Below, in pieces: positions 1 to 12,767 of a DNA stretch of 32,000 nucleotides; positions within the stretch are counted from its first letter, which is position 1; each line of letters opens with the position of its first letter. The notes below the pieces were generated by a model. That model was given only the letters and a program-made list of their open reading frames with translations, was not told the origin of the DNA and did no database searches. The DNA lies in assembly GCF_000008365.1 (NCBI RefSeq), contig NC_006908.1:1-32000 (forward strand), read 5' to 3'. The DNA comes from Mycoplasma mobile 163K. GTDB taxonomy: Bacteria > Bacillota_I > Bacilli_A > Mycoplasmatales > Metamycoplasmataceae. A program made the translations under genes and the position numbers.

Positions 1-38
1 AAACAGTAAAGTTTTAATATTTTTTGAATACAAATTTT

Positions 39-67
39 AAAAACACTTAAAATTTTAAGTGTTTTTT
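39..67 (+). terminator. Rho-independent terminator-like palindrome, probably ending an upstream + strand gene
   Basis: Perfect palindrome aaaaacacttaaaa/ttttaagtgttttt followed by extra T residues. It lies upstream of dnaA. Confidence 0.55.
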
Positions 68-126
68 ACTTAAAAATAAAGATGAACTTTAATTCTTATT
101 TGTAACTTTACATAAATTCATAAATA

Positions 127-169
127 TGTTTATAAAAATGTTAATAAAATGTAAATTCATTGTAAATTA
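127..169. promoter_or_regulatory. Candidate oriC DnaA-box-like cluster: four phased TGTWWAWWA motifs
   Basis: tgtttataa (127), tgttaataa (139), tgtaaattc (150) and tgtaaatta (161) are spaced 12, 11 and 11 bp apart, just upstream of dnaA. tgtttataa differs from the complement of the DnaA box (TGTGGATAA) at 2 positions. Confidence 0.4.
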
Positions 170-214
170 AAAAAATTAGAACAATTTAAATCTTAAATTA
201 ATTATAATGATTCC

Positions 215-1603
215 ATGAAAAAAGAAATCTTTGATAATAAATATGATTATTACCTAAAAACCAAGAATTTAATTGATTATATTGACTCAGCAATTAATGA
301 CGAAATGTTGATGAAAAATTTTTTTTCTAATTTAGAAATTGAAAAAGTAAACGATAATGAAGTTTTTATAAAATTTGGAAATGAAAAAATTACAAATTTT
401 ATAAAGGAAAATTATTTTTATATAATAAAAGATGGGATAAAACAAATCTTTTTAAGAGATTTAAATGTTATTTATCTTACTAAACAAGATAAAAAAACTA
501 ATTTTGATAGTGATGATATAAACAAAATAGACAAAATTATTAATAAAAAAACTAATTTTGAAAATTTTATTAATAAAAAATTTACATTTGAGAATTTGGT
601 TGAGTGTGATTTTAATAAAGATGTTTTAAGAGCAATTAAAAATGTTTATAAACAAGAAGAAATTATCTTTAATCCAATTTTCATTCACTCTAATTCAGGT
701 TTGGGTAAAACTCATTTACTCCATGCGCTTGGAAACGAAATTTTAAAAGAATCTAATAAAAGTGTTGTTTATATAAATCCTGATTTAATTACACAAAAAA
801 TGGTTTTTTTAATGCAAAAAGGAAATAATGAAGAATTAGAAAATTTAAAATCTTTCTATAAAAATGCAGATGTTTTACTTTTCGATGATGTGCAAAATTA
901 TAAAAATAAAGAAGTTATTTTAAAAATAGTTTTTGACATAATAAACAATAGTTTAGAACAACAAAAACAAATTGTTATTTGTTCTGATAAAAAACCTGAT
1001 GAATTAGGAGGATTTGAACAAAGATTCATAACAAGATTCAAAAGCGGATTAACTTTAGGGATGAAAAAAGCTTCTATAAATGATTTAAAAACAATTTTAA
1101 AATTTTTAGTTATTAAAGAAAAACTAAATCCCGATAAATGAGAAGAAGAATCTTATGAATTTGTTGCTAAAAATCACTCTAATTCAATAAGGGATTTAAT
1201 AGGGGCACTAAATAAAGTAAAATTCTATTCAAATGACTTCGCTAAAAATACCCCGTATTCATATTTGGTTTTGAAAAATATTTTCAGTGACTTAAAACTT
1301 GATAAAAACAATATAAATGAAGATAAGATAATTTCTATTGTTACAAAATATTATAAAATATCAAAAAGTGATCTTATTTCCAAAAGTAGAATTCCTAATA
1401 TTGTACTTGCTAGGGATATTACAATGTGATTAATAAGAAATGTTTTAGAATTAACTTTTGAAAAAATTGGTGAAATTTTCAATAATAGAACTCATAGTGC
1501 TGTTATTACGTCAATTAATAGAATAAATCAAAAACTTATAAACGATGCTAATCTTAAAAATATTTTAGGTGAAATTGAAAACAAAATAAACAATTTTGAA
1601 TAA
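215..1603 (+). CDS. dnaA: Chromosomal replication initiator DnaA (462 aa, read through TGA at 1139 and others)
   Basis: Walker A motif SNSGLGKTHLLHA and box FDDVQ. After TGA=Trp the frame continues into domain IV (RIPNIVLARDITMWLIR...HSAVITSINRI). First TAA in frame is at 1601-1603. Length is 1389 nt, a multiple of 3. Confidence 0.97.
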
Positions 1604-1738
1604 CCAATTTACATAGATAAAATTTTAAAAACCTTTATTCTGTCTACCTTAAATGACTTATTTACATAATTACACTACTAATAATAATAATTAATAAATA
1701 TTAAAATATAATTTATAAAAAAACAATAAGGATAATAT

Positions 1739-2848
1739 ATGAAAATTAAATCAAATAGAAGAACACTTGAGAAAATCTTAGATATATTTAATCCAACTAT
1801 CGATTCTACTAATCCATTTCCTGCTCTTTTAGGTTTGTATTTTGATGTAAATGAATCTACAACAACTATTATTTCATCTAATGGAGATGTTTCTATAAAA
1901 CATAAAATAGTTTCTAATGAAAATTTTAAAATAATAGAACCTGGTATTTTACTTATTCCTTCTTCGCTTTTTAGAAATATTATAAAAAAAATAGATGGTG
2001 AGGTTTTTATAAGGAATGAAGGTTTGATACTTTATTTGGAAAATGAAGGAAATATTTATACAATAAATTGTTTAGAAAGTGAAAATTATCCAAAAATTGA
2101 TTTTAATTTAATCGATCATAAAAAAGTAGTTATCAATTCTTCATTTATTAGGGATGTAATAAAAAATGTTTCTTTTGCTTCTAGTTCATCCGAAACAAAT
2201 AATTTAGTTTTAAGTGGAGTGAATTTTAATTTGAATTTAAATAAAATAATAGCAACCGCTACAGATTCCTTCAGATTAGCACAAGAATCGAGTTCTACTT
2301 TAACAAATGGAGATTTCAATATTACAATCACAGCAAAAAATCTTCGCGATCTCTTTTCTAATTTAAATTCAGAAAAAGTTGAATTATTAATTGATGAATA
2401 TAAAATTAATATAATTGATGAAAATACAATTTTCCAAGCAAAACTTATAAATATGCCTTATATTGATGTAACAAAAATAATTCCTAAAAATTTTGAGAAA
2501 AAACTTTATATTGAGAAAAGAGTTTTGAATAATTATTTAAATAAAGCAATGGTTGTTTTAAATGAAAGATATAGTGCAATAGATGTTAGTATTTCAAATG
2601 AAGAAATAATTTTTACTTCCCAAAGAAAAGAAGTAGGTGCAACAAAACTTGTTTTAAAAAATGATAGTTTTACTTTTGAAGGAACACCAATTAAAATTCG
2701 TTTAAATTCAAGATTTATAAAAGAAGCAATAAATGTTTTTGAAAATAATATTGAAATTTTAATGAATTCAAGTGAAAAACCTGTTTTAATTAAAGATAAA
2801 GACTCTTTTAATAATTTACAACTAATTTCACCACTAAGGATAAATTAA
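1739..2848 (+). CDS. dnaN: DNA polymerase III beta sliding clamp
   Basis: 369-aa intact ORF directly after dnaA. Clamp-like pattern ATDSFRLA and C-terminal PVLIKD...LISPLR. Confidence 0.93.
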   Translation: MKIKSNRRTLEKILDIFNPTIDSTNPFPALLGLYFDVNESTTTIISSNGDVSIKHKIVSNENFKIIEPGILLIPSSLFRNIIKKIDGEVFIRNEGLILYLENEGNIYTINCLESENYPKIDFNLIDHKKVVINSSFIRDVIKNVSFASSSSETNNLVLSGVNFNLNLNKIIATATDSFRLAQESSSTLTNGDFNITITAKNLRDLFSNLNSEKVELLIDEYKINIIDENTIFQAKLINMPYIDVTKIIPKNFEKKLYIEKRVLNNYLNKAMVVLNERYSAIDVSISNEEIIFTSQRKEVGATKLVLKNDSFTFEGTPIKIRLNSRFIKEAINVFENNIEILMNSSEKPVLIKDKDSFNNLQLISPLRIN

Positions 2849-3054
2849 TGCTTAAAATTGAAATTAAAGATGATTTTATTACATTATCGCAATTTTTAAA
2901 AATATCTTCTCTCATTTCAACAGGTGGAGAAAGCAAAAACTTTATTATTGAAAATAATGTTAATTTAAATGGTAAAAGAATTTTTGAAAGAAATAAAAAA
3001 ATTTATAAAAATGATATTGTTGAAATTAATAACAAAAAGTATCAAATAATATAA
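2848..3054 (+). CDS. Small S4-domain RNA-binding protein (YaaA-like)
   Basis: 68-aa ORF. Its ATG overlaps the dnaN stop (taATG). It has an S4-like pattern (ITLSQFLK...GGESKNFI....V.LNG) and the conserved position after dnaN seen in Firmicutes and Mollicutes. Confidence 0.75.
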   Translation: MLKIEIKDDFITLSQFLKISSLISTGGESKNFIIENNVNLNGKRIFERNKKIYKNDIVEINNKKYQII

Positions 3055-3075
3055 AAAGCACTAAAAGTGCTTTTT
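3053..3075. terminator. Bidirectional terminator hairpin between convergent genes
   Basis: aaaaagcac-taaaa-gtgcttttt: 9-bp stem with an A-run before and a T-run after. It overlaps both convergent stop codons. Confidence 0.75.
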
Positions 3076-3443
3076 ATATTATTTTCAAAAATATTTCAAA
3101 CTCTCCAATTAAATTTTTGGAAAAATCTTTTAAAAAATATTTAAAGTTAATGTCATTTTCAGATTTTATTTCTATTTTATTCATGTGAGTCAGTAAAAAA
3201 ATTTGAGATTTATCTATTTTATAAATTATTTCAATATCTTTATTTAATTCTAATTCTAATGAAGTTTGTCCTGCGAAAATTCTCACAAGAGTCCCATCTT
3301 TTTTAATTTCTATTAAATTTGCTATTTTGTTGCTTGGTTCGTCAAAACGATAAGAAAAAAAATCATTTTCATTTTCAAATTCAACTTGAGATGAAAATTC
3401 AATAACATTTTCATTTTCATTTTGCCTTGCAATACTTTTAAAA

Positions 3444-3454
<11 letters not shown>
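3074..3454 (-). CDS. Hypothetical protein, possibly a DUF1934-like small beta-barrel
   Basis: 126-aa intact ORF overlapping the gltX end by 11 nt. Alternating beta-strand-like pattern (FSYRFDEP...LIEIKKDGTLVRIFAGQTSLELEL). The family call is weak. Confidence 0.6.
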
Positions 3455-4838
<1,384 letters not shown>

Positions 4839-4924
4839 ATATTAAATTCTATATTAATATCAATTAATATTTTTTATATAAAATTTATTTTTAAAAATCA
4901 CAAATTATTAATTTACTTTCAAAT

Positions 4925-6607
4925 CTAAAAATTATCAAAAGTTATAGAAATAATTTGCTTTGAATTTAAACCTAAACTAGAAATTCCAAGATTAGCCGCT
5001 TCATTATCAACTAAAATTTTAAAAAATTCTCTATTTCCAGGTTTAGTTTCCATTTCATTATTTGTAAAGAGATTTATAAATAATCCAAGTGTTGCATGTA
5101 CACTACCATTAAAATATCATGTGTATTTTGATTTTTCTCCAGTAGGAAGAAAAGTGTTTTTAAAAGTTGTTATTGCTTTATTTTCACTAATAGTTTTTAC
5201 TCTTATGTAAATTTCATTATTAATAGTTATAACAAGAGCACTTTGTCCTTCATCTAAATAATTTTTAATAAAATTCATTGATTTTTCATCCAAAATAACA
5301 GGACTACTTGCATTGCTAATTATTTTTAAATTGTTAAAAATAATGTCATTAAAACTTTGAAGTTCATCATTCAAATAATCAGTTACATTTTGACCTAAAG
5401 TATCTAAATTAACAAATGAATTTATTTTTTGTCCCAAAACTTGTGCATTCCCATTTCTCAAATATGCATTTCATTCAATAGGTTTTCCTAGTGATAATCT
5501 AGGCGTCATTCGTGTAAAACTTTTTTCACCATCTTTTCTAGCGATATCAGCAAATGTTATTGAAGTAATATTGCTATTAAAAGTAAAACTAAAAGCATTT
5601 TGTGAGACTTGATTAATTTTTCATGTATCTTTATTTATTAATTCACTTGGATGAAAATGTTCATTCAATGGATTTCTAATAGAAGGATCTTTTGAAAAAG
5701 AACCATCTTCATTTTTTACATAACCTCATTGTTTAATTATTTCAGCAAAGATTTCAGGACTACTAAAAGTGTTCTCTATTTCTTTAAAAGATTCTTGAAT
5801 ACTCTTTCCAGGAAGAGATCTATTATGTTGAGAACCATAATAAGAAGTACTTAAAGAATTAGTGTTAAACCTTATACGTCTTCCTATAAAATTATTTGGA
5901 TTCATTTCTTCTTGTTTTTTAATTACTCCGCTTGCAATTGCAGTATCGGTAAAAAATAAGTTTTGAATAAATGTTTTCATACTTTCTTCAGTATCTTCAA
6001 CATTATCAAAAACTAAAACTAAAGCATCACCCTTACCCATCATGATTGATTTATTATTATCTGTTGTTTCCAGAGTTTTAAATCTTGGATTTCCTTCAAC
6101 ATTGATTCTACCTGAGTAAAATTCATTAGTTAAAACAAATTGATCTGAAGATGTTTTAATTTCAAACATTTGATTTAATTTTTCTGTTTTAAATCCTAAA
6201 AGTATCAATTTATCACTTTGGATTTCATTTTTTTCAAAAATTACTTCTAATTTTCCATTTAAATCATCATGAATAAATTCAAAATTATCAAAACTATCTT
6301 TTGTAATATTTTTGTCATTTTCAAAATTAATATTTTTAAAGAAATTATCAATATTAATTTGACTTGGTAAAAGATTGTTAAATTCATTTGTTATGTTATT
6401 TTTTATTAAACTAAAATTATTATTTTTAATAGCTAAATTAACCTCTTCTAGAGTTGAAATAATATTGGGTTTAACAGGATCAACTGGAGGAGTAACAGGA
6501 TCAACCGGTTTAGTTGGATTTGAAATAGAGCAAGAAACAACTGTTATAGGAATTAATCCTATTGTTGCTAATTCTGCTGAGAATAAAAGTTTTTTTCTTA
6601 ATTTCAT
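4925..6607 (-). CDS. Lipoprotein, unknown function (560 aa)
   Basis: Signal peptide plus lipobox (IPITVVSC), followed by a Pro-rich linker PTKPVDPVTPPVDPVKP. Track fragments 5726-6607 and 5117-5461 are in frame. I translated downstream through TGA to the first TAG at 4925-4927. Confidence 0.85.
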
Positions 6608-6642
6608 GATTTTTTTCCATTCTTTATTTATTTTTTGTAACT

Positions 6643-6672
6643 AAAATGTTAATAAATTGTTAATAACATTTT
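6643..6672. promoter_or_regulatory. Inverted repeat in a divergent promoter region (candidate operator)
   Basis: aaaatgttaataa-attg-ttaataacatttt: 13-nt arms with 1 mismatch. It lies between the divergently transcribed lipoprotein gene and the ECF-S-like gene. Confidence 0.35.
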
Positions 6673-6748
6673 AAATTTGGGGGAAGTTTATGATAACAAA
6701 AAATTTTCAATATTTTAAAATTTTAAGAAAATAAGTTAACATAATTTC

Positions 6749-7897
6749 ATGCTTGAAAATAATGGTTGGAATGCAAATACAACAAAAATCTCAACAAGAA
6801 AAGTCACTGTTATGGCTTTACTTTGTGCTATTTTATTTGCCACCAAATTAGCTTTTGGTTTTGTTCCTGGAATTGAATTTGTAACATCTTTATTTCTTAT
6901 TTATGCAATTTTTATGCCTTATAAAGAATCTTTAATAATTGTTTTTATTTTCAATATTCTTGTTGTGATATTTTATGGTTTTGGAGCATGATGATTAATG
7001 TATTGGCCAATTTTTATAACAAATGTAACTATTGGAAGAGTTTTCAAAAAATGGTTTAAAAACAAGTATGTTTTAGCTTCATTTGCTTTTTTACAAGGAT
7101 TTAGTTTGATTTTTTGATTTTATTTAAGTGATTTAATCTGATTTGGCCAAGCTTTTGCATTTTCAAATATCATAAGTGCATTCCCAATTAATTTAATTGA
7201 AGGTTTTTCTAATTTTTTATTTTGTATTGTAGTAGCTCCTAATTTAGTTAAAATTCTAAATAAAAATTTACCTAATTTGTGAGGCGAAAAATTTACTTTT
7301 ACATTTAAAGAAATTAAATTCAAAAAAATAAATTTTTTTTCAAGTATTTTTTTATCATTTATTTCTATTTTTGCTCTAACAATTACTTTTGCTTACAACT
7401 CAACTTTTTTAAATCTTGCACAAATTGTTAGAATAAATACAATAAGACCAAATCCAAATCCAAATCCTAATGAAATTTTTAATTTTGATTTGAATAATTT
7501 ACCTATTGAAAATGGATTATTGACAGTGGAAGCTATTTGATTTTTGCAATCTAAAATGGAATTAACTGATACGGCAACTGTAATTATAATAAATAATACA
7601 GCATATGTAAATATCAACAAAAACTCGGTAAAGCATAATAATTTTGCAGTCAATTATTTAAAGTCAGAAGAAAATAATTGATATTTAACAGGTAGAGATT
7701 TTCCTCTTTTAGGTCTTTTTGTTGAAAAATTTTTTAAAGATGATGTTGAAGTTTTTTCTCCAAAAATCCCGGCTTTATATTTTGTTGTAAACAACTCAAC
7801 AAAAAATATTTTCTCAAGTGTTGGAATAAGTTCTTTAAGTACAAATAATCCTAAATTAATTTTTACTTTTACTTTTGATAATGGCTTTTCTCAATAA
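6749..7897 (+). CDS. Membrane protein: ECF-transporter S-component-like N-terminal domain fused to an extracytoplasmic C-terminal domain of about 190 aa (382 aa)
   Basis: I translated the whole frame by hand and found it open with 7 TGA codons, ending at TAA 7895-7897. N-terminus TRKVTVMALLCAILFATKLAF plus about 5-6 hydrophobic helices resembles ECF S components. It is followed by an NPNPNPN linker and a soluble-looking domain. Confidence 0.7.
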
Positions 7898-7958
7898 GAA
7901 AAATAGAATAAAAGTAATTATTTTAGATGTAATTTGTGTAGTATAATTAAACTAAAAT

Positions 7959-9176
7959 ATGAAAAAATTAACAAAGATTATTTTAGCAAGTACAGGTGCA
8001 ATAACGGCACTTGGAACTTTAATTGGATTTTCAACTTCTTTTAATTCAATTAATGTAGTATCTATTGGGGGTTCAGCATCTGTTTTACCTTTGGTAACAG
8101 AATTAAGCAATATTTTTACTAAAGCAGATATTGTGACTCAAAGTGGTGGTTCAGGAGCCGGAATTAGGGCAGCAATTGATGGTTCAAGAAATATTGGGAT
8201 GGCTTCAAGAACACCAGGTGTTAGTTTAAATGATGAAGATTTAAGCCGTAGAATTGCTAATATTGATCTTCAATTAGCAAATTCTTCTCTTTCTTTAGAA
8301 GAAAGAAACTCTTTAGATAGACAAAAAATTTCTATAACTAGAGATGCAGCTGCTTGAAGAGAGAAAAATATTAAAACAGTTACTATTGCTTGAGATGGAA
8401 TTGCAATTTTATATCGCCCAGCTAATATGGGTTCCAAAGAAGAATTAGTTTTAACGGCTGAAAATGTAGCAAAAATTTTTGCTGCTTTTTCTGGAGTGAT
8501 TCCTTTAAAACTTTCAGATTTAGATGGTTTGAGTGATAATAATTTAATTATTCCTTATCCAAGAGCTGGAGGAGCAAATGTTTCAGGAACAGCAGAAGCT
8601 TTTGAAAGATCTTCAAACAGGAATTGAGAAGATACAAATTTTTTTAAATCATTAGGAAAAACTGATCAAAATTTGATTAAAAACGCTTTAGAAACAGGTG
8701 CATATGTCGGAAATAATGTAAGGCAAACAGCTGAGGCGAACTCACAAGCATGATCAATTGCAAGAAATGGAAAAATTGGTTCTATGATTTATTTATCAGC
8801 AGGTTTTGTTAATAATAATATAGAAGAAATTGAAAAAGCAGGTTTTAAAGTAGCTTCTTATGATCCCGGTGTACTCCCAACTGCAGAAACAGTTTCAAAA
8901 ACTTATGGCTGATTCAGGCCTTTTAATTTGATGCTACCTATTGGCTCTTCAATTCCACAATTAGATTTTATTAGCTGAATTTTAGATTTAAATAATACCC
9001 CTGGAGTAAATGACACTCCTCAAGAAAAAATAATTAAAGAACAAGGTTTTATCATTTTGTCTAGAAGCCAAATTCTTTCAATGTCACAAGGAATAGATGA
9101 ACAAGAAAGAATTAATCAATTTTGAAAAGCAAGCGATGCAATTTTACAAAGGAGTGGAGCTAATCCAGAAGCTTAA
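7959..9176 (+). CDS. pstS: Phosphate ABC transporter substrate-binding protein PstS (405 aa)
   Basis: GGSASVLPLV...QSGGSGAGI...ASR motifs. Track fragments 7959 and 8427 are in the same frame. TAA at 9174-9176. The N-terminal hydrophobic anchor has no lipobox Cys. Confidence 0.88.
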
Positions 9177-9181
9177 AGATA

Positions 9182-11209
9182 ATGAGTTTATTCAAAAATA
9201 ATCGTTCAAAAGAAATAAAAATAAAAAGCAAAAAATCTCAGGATTTTAATATTAAAACTTTATCTTTAGTTGTTTCTGCTTTTGTAGGTATTTTATTTAT
9301 AGCCTTAGTTATTTATATTTTATCTTTTGCTATTATTGGTTTTACTAATTTTGGAATTCAAAATATTTTATTTACTTTTGATTTTAATCCTTCTTTAGGA
9401 CAATATTCATTTTGGCTTCCTTTTTTTACTACAATCATTACTTCGGTAATTGCTTTGCTTGTAGCTGTGCCTTTAGGGATTAAAGTAGCAGTTTTTACGA
9501 AATTTAGAATTAGAAGTCCAAAAATAAGAAAATATGTCTTGATTATTTTTCAAATTTTAGCAGGAATTCCTTCAGTAATTTTTGGGCTTTTTGCTTCACA
9601 ATCTCTAGGGATTTTATTTCAAGGTGCTTTTGGAATTCAACCTAATAGTATTTTTAATGGCTCTATTATGCTCTCTTTTATGGTAATTCCAACAATTGTT
9701 GCATTGACTTTAGGTTCATTAAATTCATTAGATCCAAATTTAATTTCCAATCCTTTAGCTTTAGGAAATTCAAAAACTAGAGCAATTTACAAAATTGCAA
9801 AAAAAGCAGCAAGGCAAGGAATTGTTGTAGCAGTAATTATTGCTCTAGCTAGAGCAATTGGAGAATCGATGGCAATCTCAATGATTTTGCAATCATCCCC
9901 ATCTAATTCACTTTTTTCAAATGGACTTTTTGGTGTTCTAGATTCAGGAAGTCAAACAATCGGTGCTTATATTTCAGTTTCAATGTTTGCAGATGGTGAT
10001 CCAGAAAGAATAAGGCCTTTGCTTTATGCTTTTGGATTAATGATGTTATTTTTTTCGATGATTTTGAATTTAATGATTCTTGCTTTTACAAAGAGAAAAA
10101 AACAACAAAATTCAAAAAAATATTTTAAATTTGAAAAAAATATTAGTGACTTTGTTCTCTTTATTCCGACACAATTAAAAATTTTATTTGAGAGAATACT
10201 TTTTCCTTCTAAATATGTGATAAATTCAATAACTACTGAGAATATTTCAAATTATATTAATGATCGAAATTTTAACTATAAGTTTAAAGATGTTTATCAT
10301 TTTTACAAACTTTTTTGGGAAATAGTTTCAACTCTAATTTGTGCAGCTTTTATACTTTGAATTGTTGGAGATGTTTTAATCAAAGGACTTGCTTTTTCTG
10401 TAAGCAATTCTCAAAATGCCCTTTCTTTATTTACATATGGCAAAAATACTATTTTCCAATCTTTTTTAAATACTTTATTAGTTATTATTACTTGTTTAGT
10501 TATTGCCTTTCCAATTGCTTTATTAATTGCCATTTATATAAACGAATACGCAAATGAAGGTTTTGTAAAAAAGACAATTCTTTTCTTTTTAGATTCTTTA
10601 GGTGCAACACCTTCGATTTTGTTTGGACTCTTTGGACTTTTATTTTTTATTCAAACAGTGGGAATAACTTCTTCAGGAACAGCAGGCAATAGTTTAATTG
10701 CAGGAGCATTTACTTTAATGATTGTTATTATTCCATCTTTTACAAGACAATTAGAACAAGCTTTAAAAAATGTTCCTCTTGAAATAAGATTAAATTCTTT
10801 TGCATTAGGAAATACTAAATGAGAAACAATTAGAAAATTAGTTTTACCAATTGCTTTTGTAGCAATAATTACAGCCATTATTTCTTCCATTGGAAGAATT
10901 CTATCAGAAACAGCCCCTTTATATTTAACAGCCGGGCTTTCAAGCTCTATATCAACTACTTTAGATCGTCCTGGAACAACTTTAACAACCCATATTTATG
11001 CTCAACTATTTTCAGCCTCACCAAATGCTGTTGGAATTCAATTCCAAGCAGCAATGATCACAATGATTTTAGTTACTTTTTTAGTATGATTAGGTTATAT
11101 TATTATTCCAAACCGAATTACTATTCAGAATTGAATTAGTACTAAATTTAAAAACATTAGAAGTTTTGTTAGAAAAAATAAATTAAAACAGGAGGGGTAT
11201 AATGTTTAA
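9182..11209 (+). CDS. pstCA: Fused phosphate ABC permease PstC-PstA (675 aa)
   Basis: Fragments 9182-10360 and 10619-10822 are in one frame, and I translated the gap as open. Each half carries a permease EAA-like loop (ALARAIGESMA in the first half, SETAPLYLTAG region in the second). Confidence 0.88.
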
Positions 11210-12047
11210 GTTTTTTAAAAATAAACAAGATAATAAAAAAATTGAAAGAAAAATTGAATTTAAGGAAAAATTAAATTCACTAGAAGAAAATGTTGTTTTT
11301 AAAATTGAAAATTTATCTCTTTGATATAAAAAAGGTGAAAAACAAGCTTTAAAAAATGTTAGTGCAAACATTGCAAAAAATCATGTGACAGCTTTGATTG
11401 GACCTTCTGGATGTGGAAAAAGTACTTTTTTAAGAGAATTAAATCGAATGAATGACACGATTGAAGGTGTTTTAACAGATGGAAATATTTTCTTTGAAGG
11501 TAAAAACATTAAATCAAAAAAACTACCTGTTACTTTTTTAAGGACAAGAGTAGGAATGGTTTTTCAAAAACCTACACCATTTCCTATTTCTATTTATGAT
11601 AATATTGCTTATGGCCCAAGATCTAATGGAATTCACAATAAAAAAGTTTTAGACAAAATTGTTGAAAATGCATTAAAATCAGCAGCTTTATGAGAAGAAG
11701 TAAAAAATAATTTAAAGGATTTAGGAACTTCTTTAAGTGGTGGACAACAGCAAAGATTATGTATTGCTAGAGCAATTGCAATAGAGCCCCATGTTTTATT
11801 AATGGATGAACCCACTTCTGCACTCGATCCAATTGCAACAGCTAAAGTTGAAGAATTAATTTTGAAACTTAAAGATAGATATTCTATTGTTATTGTTACC
11901 CACTCAATGTCCCAAGCTCAAAGAATTAGTGATGATACGTTGTTTTTTTATGCTGGGGAAATTGTTGAAGCAAATAAAACCAAAGAGATCTTTTTAAGAC
12001 CTCAATTAAAAAGAACAAGAGATTATATTAATGGAAGGATAGGATAA
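11202..12047 (+). CDS. pstB: Phosphate ABC transporter ATP-binding protein PstB (281 aa)
   Basis: ATG at 11202 overlaps the pstCA end by 8 nt. Walker [10 protein letters not shown], signature LSGGQQQRL, Walker [12 protein letters not shown]. Three fragments in one frame are joined by TGA. Confidence 0.95.
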
Positions 12048-12048
12048 A

Positions 12049-12744
12049 ATGCCAATAAATTATAATATTTTATTAGAATCAGAAAAAGAGTTAAAACGTT
12101 TAAAAATTGAATATTTTGAGTATGTAAAATATATACACACAAAAATGTGAAAAGAAATTTTTGAAAAAGAAGCAAAAAAAGAAGAAATTATTTCAATCGA
12201 ATATAATGATGTCATTTTAAGAAGGTTGGATCAAGCAGCTGAATTAAATTCAAATCTAATTGATGAGTGTGTTTGAACAATTTCAAAAGATAGTCCAAGA
12301 GCAAATCACTTACGTTTTATTATTTCAATTATTCAAAGTGCTAAAGATTTAGAAAGAGCTTCCGCTTATGCTTTTATTATTTCTAAAACAATTACAAGGA
12401 GAAAAATTTTAATTAAAAATCTATCCCTTCTAAAACCTATAGTTTTTAAATATCTTGAGATTTTTGATTTATTTATTAATTTATATAAAACATCAAGCAT
12501 TTCTAAATTGGAAAAAGTAGATGAAATTATAAGCGATTTTAAAGAAGCGGAACACAAATTTTCTAAAAATCTTTGAAAGAAGTTTGAAAATGAATCTTCT
12601 GAATCAGAAGTTGAGTATTTTCCAATTTCTTTAGTATTGAAATCAATTGAATCAACAGTCGAAAGAATAAAAGGTGTTTTTGGATCAGAAAAATTTGTTA
12701 ATACAAAAACAGCTCTTATTGATTTAAGCGAAGATCTTAAATAA
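12049..12744 (+). CDS. phoU: PhoU-family phosphate transport regulator (231 aa)
   Basis: Starts 1 nt after the pstB stop. Helical protein in the canonical pst-operon position. The frame is open with TGA=Trp as far as TAA 12742-12744. The track shows only an antisense artefact here. Confidence 0.75.
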
Positions 12745-12767
12745 AAAACCACATGTAGTGGTTTTTT
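12743..12767. terminator. Bidirectional terminator hairpin
   Basis: aaaaaaccac-atgta-gtggtttttt, located between convergent stop codons. Confidence 0.75.

Noticed and set aside
1-9. Possible 3' end of an upstream + strand gene (..aaa cag taa)
   Set aside because: Only 9 nt are visible, so the frame cannot be established. The terminator at 39-67 is the only supporting evidence.
2116-2331. Track ORFs lying antisense to, or out of frame within, confident genes: 2116-2331, 6375-6644, 7120-7323, 7393-7653, 10315-10557, 10651-10890, 11183-11371, 11633-11815, 12366-12752, 16325-16537, 25248-25475, 29034-29261 and 31468-31695
   Set aside because: Each lies entirely inside a longer gene that is supported by homology or continuity, on the other strand or in another frame. 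They have low-complexity F/L/I/K-rich translations typical of AT-rich shadow ORFs. The three 75-aa copies merely repeat because the underlying surface-protein gene is repeated.
6480-6530. Short nucleotide repeat ggatcaac(t/c)gg in the lipoprotein linker as a phase-variation element
   Set aside because: It is only two imperfect copies encoding the PVDP motif. It is not a homopolymer or a multi-copy tandem repeat, so slippage potential is low.
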